DNA from: Bacteroidia bacterium
GTDB taxonomy: Bacteria; Bacteroidota; Bacteroidia; AKYH767-A; OLB10
Reading direction: 5' to 3'
DNA: 64,000 nt
NCBI GenBank assembly: GCA_038215705.1
Contig: JBBQQQ010000001.1
Coordinates: forward strand, 98,630 to 162,629
The translations under genes and the position numbers were made by a program. The stretch's first letter is position 1; each line of letters begins with the position of its first letter. Shown here in pieces: positions 31,328 to 41,247 of the stretch. The notes beneath the pieces were generated by a model that did no database searches, was not told where the DNA came from, and was given only the letters and a program-made list of their open reading frames with translations.

Positions 31328-33760
31328 TTAATTACGTAATGGTTTTCCGGTGGTCAAAATACTCTGAATTCTTTCAAGCGTCTTTTTTTCACCACAAAGT
31401 GATAAAAATGCTTCCCTTTCTAAGTCGAGAAGATACTGTTCAGAGACGAGTGCAGGAGCGGAAAGGTCACCACCACACATAATATATCCCAACTTTTCAG
31501 AAATCAATTTATCATGTGACGACATATAATGACCTGAATACATGGTATTTGCTCCGGCATAAACCATTCCCAATCCGGCACGCCCCAGCACCCTGATATC
31601 TTTACGCTGTACAGGACGAGTATACCCCGCTTGCGCCAGGTCCAGAACTGCTGCTTTTGCATCTGCAATTAAACGGTTACGATTCATAGTTATTTCATCA
31701 ATTCCTTTACGGAAAATCCCCAAATCATAGGCTTCATGAGCAGAAGTTGAAACTTTAGCCATTGCAATGGTGAGAAAACGTTCTTTGAGAAGGTTCAGTT
31801 CAATGTCACCTTCCCTTACGGAATCACTCAGGCGCAGCGCAAACTCTTTGCTGCCGCCTCCACCGGGAATCAGGCCCACACCAAACTCTACCATACCAAT
31901 GTAAGTTTCAGCTGCTGCCTGAACTTTATCAGCATGCAGCGACATTTCACACCCACCTCCGAGTGTGAGGCCATGAGGCGCTACAACAACAGGCACGGAT
32001 GAATAACGGACGCGCATATTTGCATTTTGAAAGGCACGAATAGCAAAATCTATTTCATCAAATTCCTGTTCAATGGCAAACATGAACACCATTGCGAGAT
32101 TTGCGCCGGCAGAAAAATTCGCCCCATCATTTCCAATCACCAATCCACGAAAATCCTTTTCCGCCAACTCGATAGCCTTATTGATTCCTTCAAGCACTTC
32201 TCCACCTATCGTATTCATTTTGGTGTGAAATTCAAGATTAAGTACCCCATCTCCAATATCCATTACAGTACATCCTGAATTTTTCCACACCACCGATGAT
32301 TGTCTCAGGTTATCAAGAATAATGTAGGATTCCTCTCCTGGAATTGCAGTATATTTTTTTGAATTTAAATCATAATACTTTTTAATTCCGTTTTCTGTTT
32401 TGTAAAAAGTATTGTGCCCGGCGCTCAACATTTCGTATACCCACGGTGCGGGCTTTTTCCCTGATGCCTCTATAACTTTTACAGCCTCTTTCACGCCCAC
32501 TGCATCCCATGTTTCAAAAGGTCCGAGTTCCCATCCGAAACCCGCTTTCAATGCCGCATCCACACGGTAAACTTCATCCGAAATTTCCGGAATATTATTG
32601 GAAACATAAGTAAACAAGCCATTGAATGACGACCTATAAAAATCCCCGGCTTTATCTTTGCCATTATAAAGCATTTTCATTCTGGTCCGCAAATCGTCAA
32701 CTCCTTTGGTACCTTCAAGGGTACTAAATTTCACTTTTGCCTGTGGCCGGTATTCAAGTGTTTTTAAATCGAGAGCGAGAATTTCGCTTTTACCGTTTTC
32801 ACTTTTTACTTTCTTGTAAAAACCCTGACGTGTTTTATCTCCCAGCCACTTATTTTGTACCATTTGTGATACAAATACCGGTAATTTAAACAGATCTCTT
32901 TCGGGGTCATCCGTACCGGTGTCATACAATCCGTTTGCCACATGCACCATGGTATCAAGTCCCACAACATCGGTGGTACGAAAGGTAGCAGACTTTGGGC
33001 GGCCCAAAACAGGTCCGGTAAGTTTATCTACCTCTTCAACGGTAAGATCCATGGTTTCTACCTGGTGAAGCAATGCCATAATTGAATAAACCCCTATGCG
33101 GTTGGCAATAAAAGCAGGAGTGTCTTTGCAGAGTACAGTAGTCTTTCCCAGGAAAAGATCCCCGTATTCCATCAGGAAAGAAATTACTTCAGGATCGGTA
33201 AAAGGAGTTGGAATTATTTCGAGTAAACGTAAATACCTGGGTGGGTTAAAAAAGTGAGTGCCGCAGAAATGTTTTTTAAAATCATCACTGCGTCCTTCCG
33301 CCATCATATGAATCGGAATTCCTGAAGTGTTGCTGGTAATGAGTGTGCCGGGTTTCCGGAATTTTTCTACGTCCTCAAAAACTCTTTTTTTGATTTCGAG
33401 ATTTTCAATCACTACTTCAATGATCCAGTCAGCAGCAGCAATATCTTTCAAATTATCTGCAAAATTGCCAGTAGTAATCCGGGATGAAAAACTCTTTTTA
33501 TAGAGAGGAGAAGGATTGGATGTTACCGCTGTTTGCAAAGCAGAATTTACAATTCTGTTCCGAAATTCTTTTGAATCGGAAGTAAACCCTTTTTTCTGTT
33601 CTTCCGGTGAAAGGTCTTTAGGAAGAATATCCAGTAACAAGACCTGTACACCGATATTTGCAAAATGACAGGCTATGCGGGAACCCATAATGCCGGATCC
33701 TAAAACGGCTACACTCTTAATCGATCTTTTCATTAAAAATGATTTTTCTGATGCGGGCAA
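31328..33760 (-). CDS. Bifunctional 3-hydroxyacyl-CoA dehydrogenase / enoyl-CoA hydratase (FadB/FadJ-like, domain order dehydrogenase then crotonase)
   Basis: 810 aa. N-terminal NAD-binding VAVLGSGIMGSRIA (3HCDH), a 3HCDH C-terminal domain, then a crotonase fold (ECH) in the C-terminal third. Confidence 0.85.
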   Translation of the reverse strand: MPASEKSFLMKRSIKSVAVLGSGIMGSRIACHFANIGVQVLLLDILPKDLSPEEQKKGFTSDSKEFRNRIVNSALQTAVTSNPSPLYKKSFSSRITTGNFADNLKDIAAADWIIEVVIENLEIKKRVFEDVEKFRKPGTLITSNTSGIPIHMMAEGRSDDFKKHFCGTHFFNPPRYLRLLEIIPTPFTDPEVISFLMEYGDLFLGKTTVLCKDTPAFIANRIGVYSIMALLHQVETMDLTVEEVDKLTGPVLGRPKSATFRTTDVVGLDTMVHVANGLYDTGTDDPERDLFKLPVFVSQMVQNKWLGDKTRQGFYKKVKSENGKSEILALDLKTLEYRPQAKVKFSTLEGTKGVDDLRTRMKMLYNGKDKAGDFYRSSFNGLFTYVSNNIPEISDEVYRVDAALKAGFGWELGPFETWDAVGVKEAVKVIEASGKKPAPWVYEMLSAGHNTFYKTENGIKKYYDLNSKKYTAIPGEESYIILDNLRQSSVVWKNSGCTVMDIGDGVLNLEFHTKMNTIGGEVLEGINKAIELAEKDFRGLVIGNDGANFSAGANLAMVFMFAIEQEFDEIDFAIRAFQNANMRVRYSSVPVVVAPHGLTLGGGCEMSLHADKVQAAAETYIGMVEFGVGLIPGGGGSKEFALRLSDSVREGDIELNLLKERFLTIAMAKVSTSAHEAYDLGIFRKGIDEITMNRNRLIADAKAAVLDLAQAGYTRPVQRKDIRVLGRAGLGMVYAGANTMYSGHYMSSHDKLISEKLGYIMCGGDLSAPALVSEQYLLDLEREAFLSLCGEKKTLERIQSILTTGKPLRN

Positions 33761-33796
33761 AAGTAGCCATTTCAGATGTGATACTATCTACCTGTT

Positions 33797-35563
33797 TTAC
33801 CTTGTTTCAAATATGCGATCAACTGCAGCTTTATTAGCCTCCATTATATATTTTCTTTTCAGACTCAGTTTTGGTGTCAGCTCTCCCTTTTCAATGGAAA
33901 ATTCTCTTGGAAGCAATTCAATCTTTTTAATTGTTTCATAACTACCCAGTTCTTTGTTGATGAGCTCAACTTCCTCCATGATACGCTCGCACACTTCCTT
34001 GCTGCCTGCTATTTCGTCATTTGTTTTCAGAGGCAAACCTTTTCGTTCGGCCCATTCCTTTAAAAAGGCGAATGAAGGTACTATAAGCGCTGCAGCAAAT
34101 TTCTGGTTTTCGCCAATCACCATAACCTGTTCTATAAAGCGTGATTCTTTCAGTTTATTTTCTATATTCTGTGGAGCGATGTATTTCCCCTGGGATGTTT
34201 TAAAGATTTCTTTTTTGCGATCTGTGATTTTCAGATTATTTCCTTCCATGAGGCCAATATCGCCTGTATGATACCATCCTTCAGCATTAATGCATTCTGC
34301 AGTAAGATCCGGCCGCTTATAATAACCCAGCATGATATTAGGTCCCTTGCATAATATTTCACCGTCTTCAGCAATTTTAACGCTAACCCCACTGATAACA
34401 GGACCAACGGTTCCTATACCCATACCGTTAGGTGCAAGAGTATTTACGGCAATTACAGGAGAAGTTTCCGTGCACCCGTAACCTTCAAGAATTGGAATCT
34501 GTGCAGCCCAGAAAACCCGTGCAAGACGCGGATGCAAGGCTGCGCCTCCCGAAACGATGGCTTTCAATTTTCCCCCCAGGGCTTCTCTCCACTTTGGAAA
34601 AATAAGTTTATTGGCCAGTTTCAACTGAAGATTGTAAAAAAAGCCGCCATCTTTATTAGGGTCATACTTTAATCCCAGGTTAAGTGCCCAGAAAAACAAA
34701 GCACGCTTAATCCCTTTCAGATCATGACCTTTGGCAACAATTTTTTCATATACTTTTTCAATCAACCTTGGTACGGCCGAGAATGCAGCCGGCTGTACTT
34801 CCCTGATATTATCGCCGATTGTCTCCATCGACTCGGCATAATATACCGATGTGCTCAGATACATGTACAAATATGTGAGCATCCGCTCATAAATGTGGTT
34901 GAGCGGTAAAAAACTTAACACTCTATCACCTGCTTTTACAGGAGGCAGATGTTCAACGGCAATAAAATTACTGACCAGGTTCCGGTGTGAAAGCATTACA
35001 CCTTTCGGATTCCCGGTTGTTCCTGATGTATACAGGAGGGTTGCCAGGTCGTGTTCACCGATCGAACTTTTTATGGATTCCAGTTTTTCCGGATCTTTAT
35101 TTTTTTCGCCACACTCAAGTAATTCTGACCAGTGCGGAGCACCTTCAATGCGATTGTAGGTATAAATGCCCGGTCGACTGGTAATGTTACCGGCAATTTT
35201 CTTCACCTTAAGATAGAGTTCTTCGGAAGAAACAAAAATGAATTTTACTTCCGCATCTTCAAGGATGAACCGCAGATCCTGTTCACTGATGGTTGGGAAA
35301 ATAGGCACATCGACTGCTCCTGTTTGCAAAATTCCCAGGTCGGTGAAATTCCATTCCGGACGGTTGTTGGAAATAATAGCAATTTTGTCATTTTTGACTA
35401 TGCCTTTTGAAATCAGACCATAACTGATAAGATCAACGTATTTTTTGAAATCCTGGCTGCTATAGGTTACCCAACTTCCATTTTCTTTTCCTGCAAAAGC
35501 TACATTCAGAGGGTGATTGGTAATCTGATGCGGGATAATGTCAAATAATCTTTTTACGTCCAT
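33797..35563 (-). CDS. fadD: Long-chain-fatty-acid--CoA ligase (AMP-forming)
   Basis: AMP-binding motif LLYTSGTTGNPKGVMLSHRN. ANL superfamily C-terminal domain. The likely start is MDVKRLFDII, though the ORF extends to 35623. Confidence 0.85.
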   Translation of the reverse strand: MDVKRLFDIIPHQITNHPLNVAFAGKENGSWVTYSSQDFKKYVDLISYGLISKGIVKNDKIAIISNNRPEWNFTDLGILQTGAVDVPIFPTISEQDLRFILEDAEVKFIFVSSEELYLKVKKIAGNITSRPGIYTYNRIEGAPHWSELLECGEKNKDPEKLESIKSSIGEHDLATLLYTSGTTGNPKGVMLSHRNLVSNFIAVEHLPPVKAGDRVLSFLPLNHIYERMLTYLYMYLSTSVYYAESMETIGDNIREVQPAAFSAVPRLIEKVYEKIVAKGHDLKGIKRALFFWALNLGLKYDPNKDGGFFYNLQLKLANKLIFPKWREALGGKLKAIVSGGAALHPRLARVFWAAQIPILEGYGCTETSPVIAVNTLAPNGMGIGTVGPVISGVSVKIAEDGEILCKGPNIMLGYYKRPDLTAECINAEGWYHTGDIGLMEGNNLKITDRKKEIFKTSQGKYIAPQNIENKLKESRFIEQVMVIGENQKFAAALIVPSFAFLKEWAERKGLPLKTNDEIAGSKEVCERIMEEVELINKELGSYETIKKIELLPREFSIEKGELTPKLSLKRKYIMEANKAAVDRIFETR

Positions 35564-35650
35564 AAGTTGATGCCTGTTTTCTGCACAAACAAAATAAGGC
35601 AATTTTGTTTTAATTTGAACCAAAAGAGCGACATTTAGCTTTTATTCTGT

Positions 35651-36661
35651 ATGCAATTTCAAACCACGTTAAATAATTTACTGAATATCCGGTTTCCACT
35701 GATCATGGCGCCCATGTTCCTGGTGTCAAATGAACGGATGATACAATCAGCTATTGATTCCGGGGTAATGGGTGTATTTCCATCGCTAAATTTCAGAACC
35801 AAAAGTGAACTGGCAATGCTTATAGCCAGACTGCACCAGTACCGGGAGTCACATCCGGGATCCGGGTCTTTTGGGGTGAACCTGATTGTTCAGAAATCAA
35901 ATCCGTTATACCAGGAACACCTTGCGATTTGTGTGGCGGGAAAAGTACCATTTTATATTACATCCCTGGGTTCACCCGCTGAAGTTATTAGTCAGGCTCA
36001 TGCGTATGGAGCGAAAGTGTTTTGTGATGTTACCAATCTTCTGCACGCTGAGAAATGTGCAGGACTTGGCTGCGATGGATTTATTGCTGTAGGACAGGGT
36101 GCAGGCGGACATGCCGGTCCTAACCCGCTTACGATACTTGTGCCAGCTTTACAGAACAAATTCCCCACCTTACCCGTCGTGGCTGCCGGGGGCATTGCTT
36201 CAGGGGCGGGAATATTATCAATGCTGACGCTGGGAGCTGCCGGCGTTTCAATAGGTACACGGTTTATAGCATCCGCAGAAGCTACCGTCAGCGATGCCTA
36301 TAAAAATGCAGTTGTTGCCTCCGGAATGGAAAATATCACCCTAACTGAAAGGTTATCCGGTACACCCTGCACGATTATCGATACACCTTATGCAAAGGAG
36401 ATCGGATACAATCAAAGCTGGCTGGAAAAGCAGCTAAGCAAAAATTCAACATCAAGAAAATATTTCAAGATGCTGGTTCAGGTTCGTGGAATGAAAAAAC
36501 TCGAAGCTGCCGTGAAGCCGGGGAATTATAACAATCTCTGGTGTGCAGGAAAATCAGTGGAACTCATTCACGATATTTTGCCCTGTTCTCAAATAATAGC
36601 GAATCTCGAAAGTGAAATGGTACAGGCATTGAATCAGCTAACTAACCTGATCCGAAAATAA
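35651..36661 (+). CDS. Nitronate monooxygenase (NMO)/FabK-like FMN-dependent oxidoreductase
   Basis: 336 aa. PLIMAPMF...GVMG N-terminus, then GxGGHxG (GQGAGGHAGP), which is diagnostic of the 2-nitropropane dioxygenase/enoyl-ACP reductase II family. Confidence 0.75.
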   Translation: MQFQTTLNNLLNIRFPLIMAPMFLVSNERMIQSAIDSGVMGVFPSLNFRTKSELAMLIARLHQYRESHPGSGSFGVNLIVQKSNPLYQEHLAICVAGKVPFYITSLGSPAEVISQAHAYGAKVFCDVTNLLHAEKCAGLGCDGFIAVGQGAGGHAGPNPLTILVPALQNKFPTLPVVAAGGIASGAGILSMLTLGAAGVSIGTRFIASAEATVSDAYKNAVVASGMENITLTERLSGTPCTIIDTPYAKEIGYNQSWLEKQLSKNSTSRKYFKMLVQVRGMKKLEAAVKPGNYNNLWCAGKSVELIHDILPCSQIIANLESEMVQALNQLTNLIRK

Positions 36662-36662
36662 A

Positions 36663-37169
36663 ATGTCGAAACTTCACAATCTCATAGGTAAGGCTGCTGG
36701 CTCTTCATTTTATACATGGTTACTTAACCGCGTTTTGTCAAGGGCCATTCCTTTTAATGCACCGCATCATTTTAAGGTGATATCAATTACCCCGGAGTTC
36801 ACGGAAATAGCATTGCCTTATCGCCGTTCCAACATGAATCATGTTAACGGTATTCATGCGTGTGCACTCGCAACGTTATGTGAATTTACTGTAGGTATGA
36901 CCCTTGTCAGTAAAATTTCGGAACTTAAGTACAGGATCATACTGAAAAATATTCGCATGGAATATCATTACCAGGCAAAAATGAATGTAACGGCTAAGTT
37001 CTCGCTTCCGGAAGCATTGTTGCAATCCAAAATAATTGAACCGCTTGAAACCGCTGATGCAATATTTCATGAATTTGAAATACCCGTTTATGATAGTGCA
37101 AACAATCATATATGTACAGGATTTGTGAACTGGCAGGTAAAAAAATGGGAGAAAGTCAGTACGAAATAA
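36663..37169 (+). CDS. Hotdog-fold protein (DUF4442/thioesterase-like)
   Basis: 168 aa. Starts 2 nt after the NMO stop. The central ...VNGIHACALATLCEFTVG... resembles PaaI/DUF4442 hotdog cores. Confidence 0.45.
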   Translation: MSKLHNLIGKAAGSSFYTWLLNRVLSRAIPFNAPHHFKVISITPEFTEIALPYRRSNMNHVNGIHACALATLCEFTVGMTLVSKISELKYRIILKNIRMEYHYQAKMNVTAKFSLPEALLQSKIIEPLETADAIFHEFEIPVYDSANNHICTGFVNWQVKKWEKVSTK

Positions 37170-37186
37170 ATCTTGAAAAATCAGAA

Positions 37187-37633
37187 ATGAAACGAATTCC
37201 TCTTTCACTTTTATTATCCGTTATGTTTTTATCGTCATGCGGAATTATTAAACCGGTTTCGGTAATGAGCGTGGGAAATTTTACCACCGAAAACGTACTT
37301 TCAAAACCGGAAATCAGGTTTGATATAAAAATTCAGAATCCAAATAATTTCTCCGTAACAATTCAAAAAATGGAAATTGGGGTTTCGGTTGCCGGCCCGG
37401 CGTTCGCAACAATTTCCCTGATGGAAGGAGTGCGGGTAACCAAACGGGATACAATGATGGTTCCGGTTTCATTATTTCCATCAATGACAGAAATTGGTTC
37501 GATGTTCAGCTCGGGAATCGATGCTTTCCTTACGGGAAAGGAAAACCCTTTGTTTGAAGTTCGCGGCGAGGTTGTGATAAGGAAATTTATTTTCAGGAAG
37601 CGTTACAAAATAAAGGAATCCATCAGGTTGTGA
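37187..37633 (+). CDS. LEA_2 (LEA14/WHy-like) family lipoprotein
   Basis: Start chosen at MKRIPLSLLLSVMFLSSCG (lipobox); the ORF extends upstream to 37112. The body ...IRFDIKIQNPNNFSVTIQKMEIGVSV... resembles the LEA type 2 / water-stress domain. Confidence 0.45.
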   Translation: MKRIPLSLLLSVMFLSSCGIIKPVSVMSVGNFTTENVLSKPEIRFDIKIQNPNNFSVTIQKMEIGVSVAGPAFATISLMEGVRVTKRDTMMVPVSLFPSMTEIGSMFSSGIDAFLTGKENPLFEVRGEVVIRKFIFRKRYKIKESIRL

Positions 37634-37665
37634 TGGATTCTCATTAATAAAAAAATTAGATTGTC

Positions 37666-39858
37666 TTAATTTAATACAGATAATTTTGTGATTCCGGATA
37701 ATGTGTTTTTTTGCCGGAAGGTTACAGAATACAATCCGGAATTTAATTTCCCTGTGTTAAATTGTATAGTTCCCGATGCCGGTACTTTTATAGCCGATAT
37801 TATTTTCCCTAAGACATCAGAAATCAGTATTTCCCTGTCAAAATCATTTTCATAAACACCAAGTTGAATAGTAACGGTTTGGCCTGTGTGTACAGGATTT
37901 GGAAACACCAGAATTGAAGATGCGGAATTGATTTCCGGAAGCGTAGTCATGTTACAATTCACCAATGTATTGAATGCATCGACTTTTCCTGCACCCCAGG
38001 TATTATCGGGAAGATTGGTGCCTGTAAAATTATCCTGAACAGCACATTGAAGTATAGCATTTTTTACCTGCATGGCACCGGCAGTAGGATTTTGTTGCAG
38101 GTAAAGTGCAGCTACACCGGCCACTACCGGTGAGGAAGAACTGGTACCGCCATCGCGTATATGAAATCCGCCCTCTGCAATTTTTGGCGCATTGGTAGGC
38201 TGAGTGAGCCAGATAGCCATCAGCGAAAGCTGCCCGCAGGATAACATAAGGCCACCCGGTGCCGAGATATCTGGTTTAATTCTGCCATCCCGCGTGGGGC
38301 CGCGACTCGAATTTGCTGCAATTGCTCCCGGAACAACACTGGCATCCGTAAAGATGTTTCCGTTTACATCAAGGTAAGAATTCCGGTTTCCATGGTTGGC
38401 TACGGTAATTACATTATCAAGACATTGAAACCCCGTTACAATTGTAGACGTGAGATCGGGTAATTTATAATATACAATTTCCGGAACGGTTGCAGCGGAA
38501 GGCAAACCGGTGGTAACATATCCCGGCTGACCGGTTCCATCATAAAATTTCCACATGTCAAAGCGTCCTGAACCGGTGGTTATCAGTCGCCACGCATAGG
38601 TTGTAGAATCAGGAATCACCAGGAATTCCAACGAATAAGCAGGTCCCTGTATGCTGCCGAACGACTGTACTATTGCGATCCTGTTACCGGAAGAACTGAA
38701 CAATGTATCCTGTTTGAATATTCCCAGGTTATAAAAAATATCACGGAAAGGTAAACGGCCCCGGAATGAAGAGGATGTGGTATTAACATCAGCACCGAGT
38801 GAAAAATCGATACCATCAAAATCAGAAGTATCACCCCACAGCTGGATGTAAAAATTTGGATAGGCTGTATTGTGACGTATCCATGTGAACGAAGTATCAG
38901 ATGTAACGGTGTAGCCTAAGTGAAAAGGGATATTTCCTGCATTTCCTGCCGCCGCAACCATAACCCGGCCCGTTTGCTGGCTTAGTAATGTGCTTATCAT
39001 TTGCGATTGTAAATCAAACCCGTCATGAGAGCCGTAATAATCACCCAGACTGGCATTGATCACACAGGGTTTACCCAATAACTGCGCTCTGTTGAAAATA
39101 TAATCCACTGCATCAATGTAAGTGGGATCCGTGCTGTTATTGAAATCGAAAGCCACTTCAATAATATCTGCCCCGGGTGCAACACCTTTATTTTTATTTA
39201 TGGCACTACCATCACCCGCTGTAATACCGGTAACATGAGTACCATGACCAAAGCCCTGCCAGTCGTCGTGTGATGCAGCAAGACCGGCATCAATTTCAGT
39301 GTTGTTCCATTCCTGTCCATAGCCATAAGCCAACGGAGTATTTGCTGCGATTGGTTTGCGTTGGTCCCATAAATATTTCACCCGGGTGTTACCGGTACTG
39401 TCCTGCAGATCAGGATGTGTCAGATCAACCCCGGTATCAATAATACCAACAGCGATGCCGGTTCCATCAAACCCTTGCGGTAATGGTGATTGACCCAGAT
39501 GAACTTCATTCACGCTAACGGAATTTCGCATCGAGTCATTCATAACTGTATAAGCGTTTCCGGGACTCTCAATTCGCAAAATCCCCTCTGCGGCAGCAAG
39601 AAACGGTAATGCTGCCACCGGAACTTTAACCGTGGCAATGTTCCCAACAGAATATCGGAAAACCCCATCATGATTTTCGGTTAGCTGCCGGATGAGTGGA
39701 AGGGAGCCCTGAACCAGTATGTTAACCTGTTTATGTTGCATCTGAGGATCGGCGATCATCAGGGCAAGCTGCAGGTTGAGTTTCTGGCCGTCATTCCTTT
39801 GTCCGTATACAATCAAAGAACCCAGGCACAAAATCAGGCATATCAGGAGATTTTTCAT
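37666..39858 (-). CDS. S8-family subtilisin-like serine peptidase with T9SS C-terminal sorting domain
   Basis: 730 aa with a signal peptide. Catalytic triad contexts GIIDTGVD (Asp), HGTHVTG (His), GTSSSSPVVAG (Ser). The C-terminal ~80 aa (FPNPVHTGQTVTIQL...GLYSVTF...) is a por-secretion tail. Confidence 0.85.
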   Translation of the reverse strand: MKNLLICLILCLGSLIVYGQRNDGQKLNLQLALMIADPQMQHKQVNILVQGSLPLIRQLTENHDGVFRYSVGNIATVKVPVAALPFLAAAEGILRIESPGNAYTVMNDSMRNSVSVNEVHLGQSPLPQGFDGTGIAVGIIDTGVDLTHPDLQDSTGNTRVKYLWDQRKPIAANTPLAYGYGQEWNNTEIDAGLAASHDDWQGFGHGTHVTGITAGDGSAINKNKGVAPGADIIEVAFDFNNSTDPTYIDAVDYIFNRAQLLGKPCVINASLGDYYGSHDGFDLQSQMISTLLSQQTGRVMVAAAGNAGNIPFHLGYTVTSDTSFTWIRHNTAYPNFYIQLWGDTSDFDGIDFSLGADVNTTSSSFRGRLPFRDIFYNLGIFKQDTLFSSSGNRIAIVQSFGSIQGPAYSLEFLVIPDSTTYAWRLITTGSGRFDMWKFYDGTGQPGYVTTGLPSAATVPEIVYYKLPDLTSTIVTGFQCLDNVITVANHGNRNSYLDVNGNIFTDASVVPGAIAANSSRGPTRDGRIKPDISAPGGLMLSCGQLSLMAIWLTQPTNAPKIAEGGFHIRDGGTSSSSPVVAGVAALYLQQNPTAGAMQVKNAILQCAVQDNFTGTNLPDNTWGAGKVDAFNTLVNCNMTTLPEINSASSILVFPNPVHTGQTVTIQLGVYENDFDREILISDVLGKIISAIKVPASGTIQFNTGKLNSGLYSVTFRQKNTLSGITKLSVLN

Positions 39859-40082
39859 GAAATAAATTTGGTATATTTACGTATAAAATTAGGAAAAGTT
39901 AAGGCTCTCCGGCTTTAAATACCCGGTTGATTTAAACACCTCAGGACCTCAAATTGTTAACATCTCAACTTACTGGTATTGTGTGTAATAATTATGTAAT
40001 CTGTTGATAATTATTTCACTTCTTTCTAATTGAAACCCTTATTTTTGCTCACATGTTATCATTCAAAATTAATCAATTAACG

Positions 40083-40904
40083 ATGAAAAGAAACGTATTG
40101 CACCTTGCTATTACTGCCATTGCTATGATTTTTGCATTGCCTTCACTGGCATTGAATCCTTCAAAGGAATACAAAGTAACTCCCGATAAATTCGGTATGC
40201 AGTACAAGGAGGAGAAAGTCAAAACCCCTGATGATGCTGTTTTGAATGCCTGGTTTTTTGAAAACGCAAAAAAAAGCATCAACTGGGTTGTGATTTCAGG
40301 CAGCGGTGATGGTAATATGGCCGATCACCTTGAAATTGTGAACTCATTTTTATCGGCAGGTTATAATGTGGCCATTTATGACTATCGCGGTTACGGCTCA
40401 AGCAGCGAGTTCAAAATTGATCCCGATTTGTTCATTTATCCGCAGTTTATCACCGATCTCAACGCCATATTAGATTACCTCCGTAAATCCCGTGCGATTA
40501 CCAAATTTGACCTGTTCGGCCTGAATATTGGCGCAGGTCTTTCAATTGGAGTGGGTGCAAATCGGACAGAAACTAAGAAAATCATTGCCGATGGTCCCTG
40601 GACCAGTCTTGAAGGCATGAAAACAAAAATTAAATCCAAGACAGGTAAAGATGTGAACATGCCTTTCGGTTATGACAAAACACATGAGCCGCTTTATGCA
40701 TTCGAAAAGCCGAAAGGGCCTCTTAAGAATCTTATGATAATTATATCGGCACAAGATCCAATTGTTGGTCCCGCTGATGTTAAAGTTATCAAAGGAGTAA
40801 ACGAAGTGTATATTGTCAAAAACAGCCCTTCCAATGCTGATAATTTTTCAACTGACAAAAACATGTATTTTGAAAAAATATCTAAATTTCTTGCTGCAAA
40901 ATAA
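40083..40904 (+). CDS. Secreted alpha/beta-hydrolase-fold protein
   Basis: Signal peptide MKRNVLHLAITAIAMIFALPSLA (the ORF extends to 40053). Duplicated nucleophile-elbow-like GLNIGAGLSIGVG; an acid/His region is likely downstream. Confidence 0.45.
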   Translation: MKRNVLHLAITAIAMIFALPSLALNPSKEYKVTPDKFGMQYKEEKVKTPDDAVLNAWFFENAKKSINWVVISGSGDGNMADHLEIVNSFLSAGYNVAIYDYRGYGSSSEFKIDPDLFIYPQFITDLNAILDYLRKSRAITKFDLFGLNIGAGLSIGVGANRTETKKIIADGPWTSLEGMKTKIKSKTGKDVNMPFGYDKTHEPLYAFEKPKGPLKNLMIIISAQDPIVGPADVKVIKGVNEVYIVKNSPSNADNFSTDKNMYFEKISKFLAAK

Positions 40905-40921
40905 GTACAGCAAAATACTAT

Positions 40922-40962
40922 AAAAAAGAGGGTGATTTGCTTTTTGCAACACCCTCTTTTTT
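40922..40962. terminator. Bidirectional rho-independent terminator
   Basis: aaaaaGAGGGTGatttgctttttgcaaCACCCTCtttttt. Confidence 0.55.
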
Positions 40963-40973
40963 ATTCTTTTTTT

Positions 40974-41228
40974 TTAATGGTTGGAATTAATGGCAACCAC
41001 ACCTTTTATTTCAGGAATTGCTTTCAACAGCGATTGTTCGATTCCCGCTCTCAACGTCATCATACTCATTGAACAGGAGCTGCAGGCACCGAGCAGCTCC
41101 AGTCTTACAATCATATCTTCAGTCACCTCAACCAGCGAAACATTTCCGCTATCAGCTTCCAGATAAGGGCGGAGGCTGTCTAATGTATTTTCAATTCTTG
41201 CAATCAGGTTTGGGTCGGTGTGCATCAT
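40974..41228 (-). CDS. NifU-like Fe-S cluster assembly domain protein (Nfu-type)
   Basis: 84 aa. CxxC motif LGACSSCSMS in the NifU C-terminal-domain context. Confidence 0.7.
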   Translation of the reverse strand: MMHTDPNLIARIENTLDSLRPYLEADSGNVSLVEVTEDMIVRLELLGACSSCSMSMMTLRAGIEQSLLKAIPEIKGVVAINSNH

Positions 41229-41247
41229 GCAGCTAAATTAGTAATTA

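Noticed and set aside
40515-40565. The alpha/beta-hydrolase nucleophile elbow appears as GLNIG (Ser to Asn), which would suggest a catalytically dead pseudoenzyme
   Set aside because: The very next residues read GLSIG, a proper GxSxG. The sequence is a 6-aa tandem duplication (GLNIGA-GLSIGV) and the Ser-containing copy most likely forms the elbow. There are no grounds to call it inactive.
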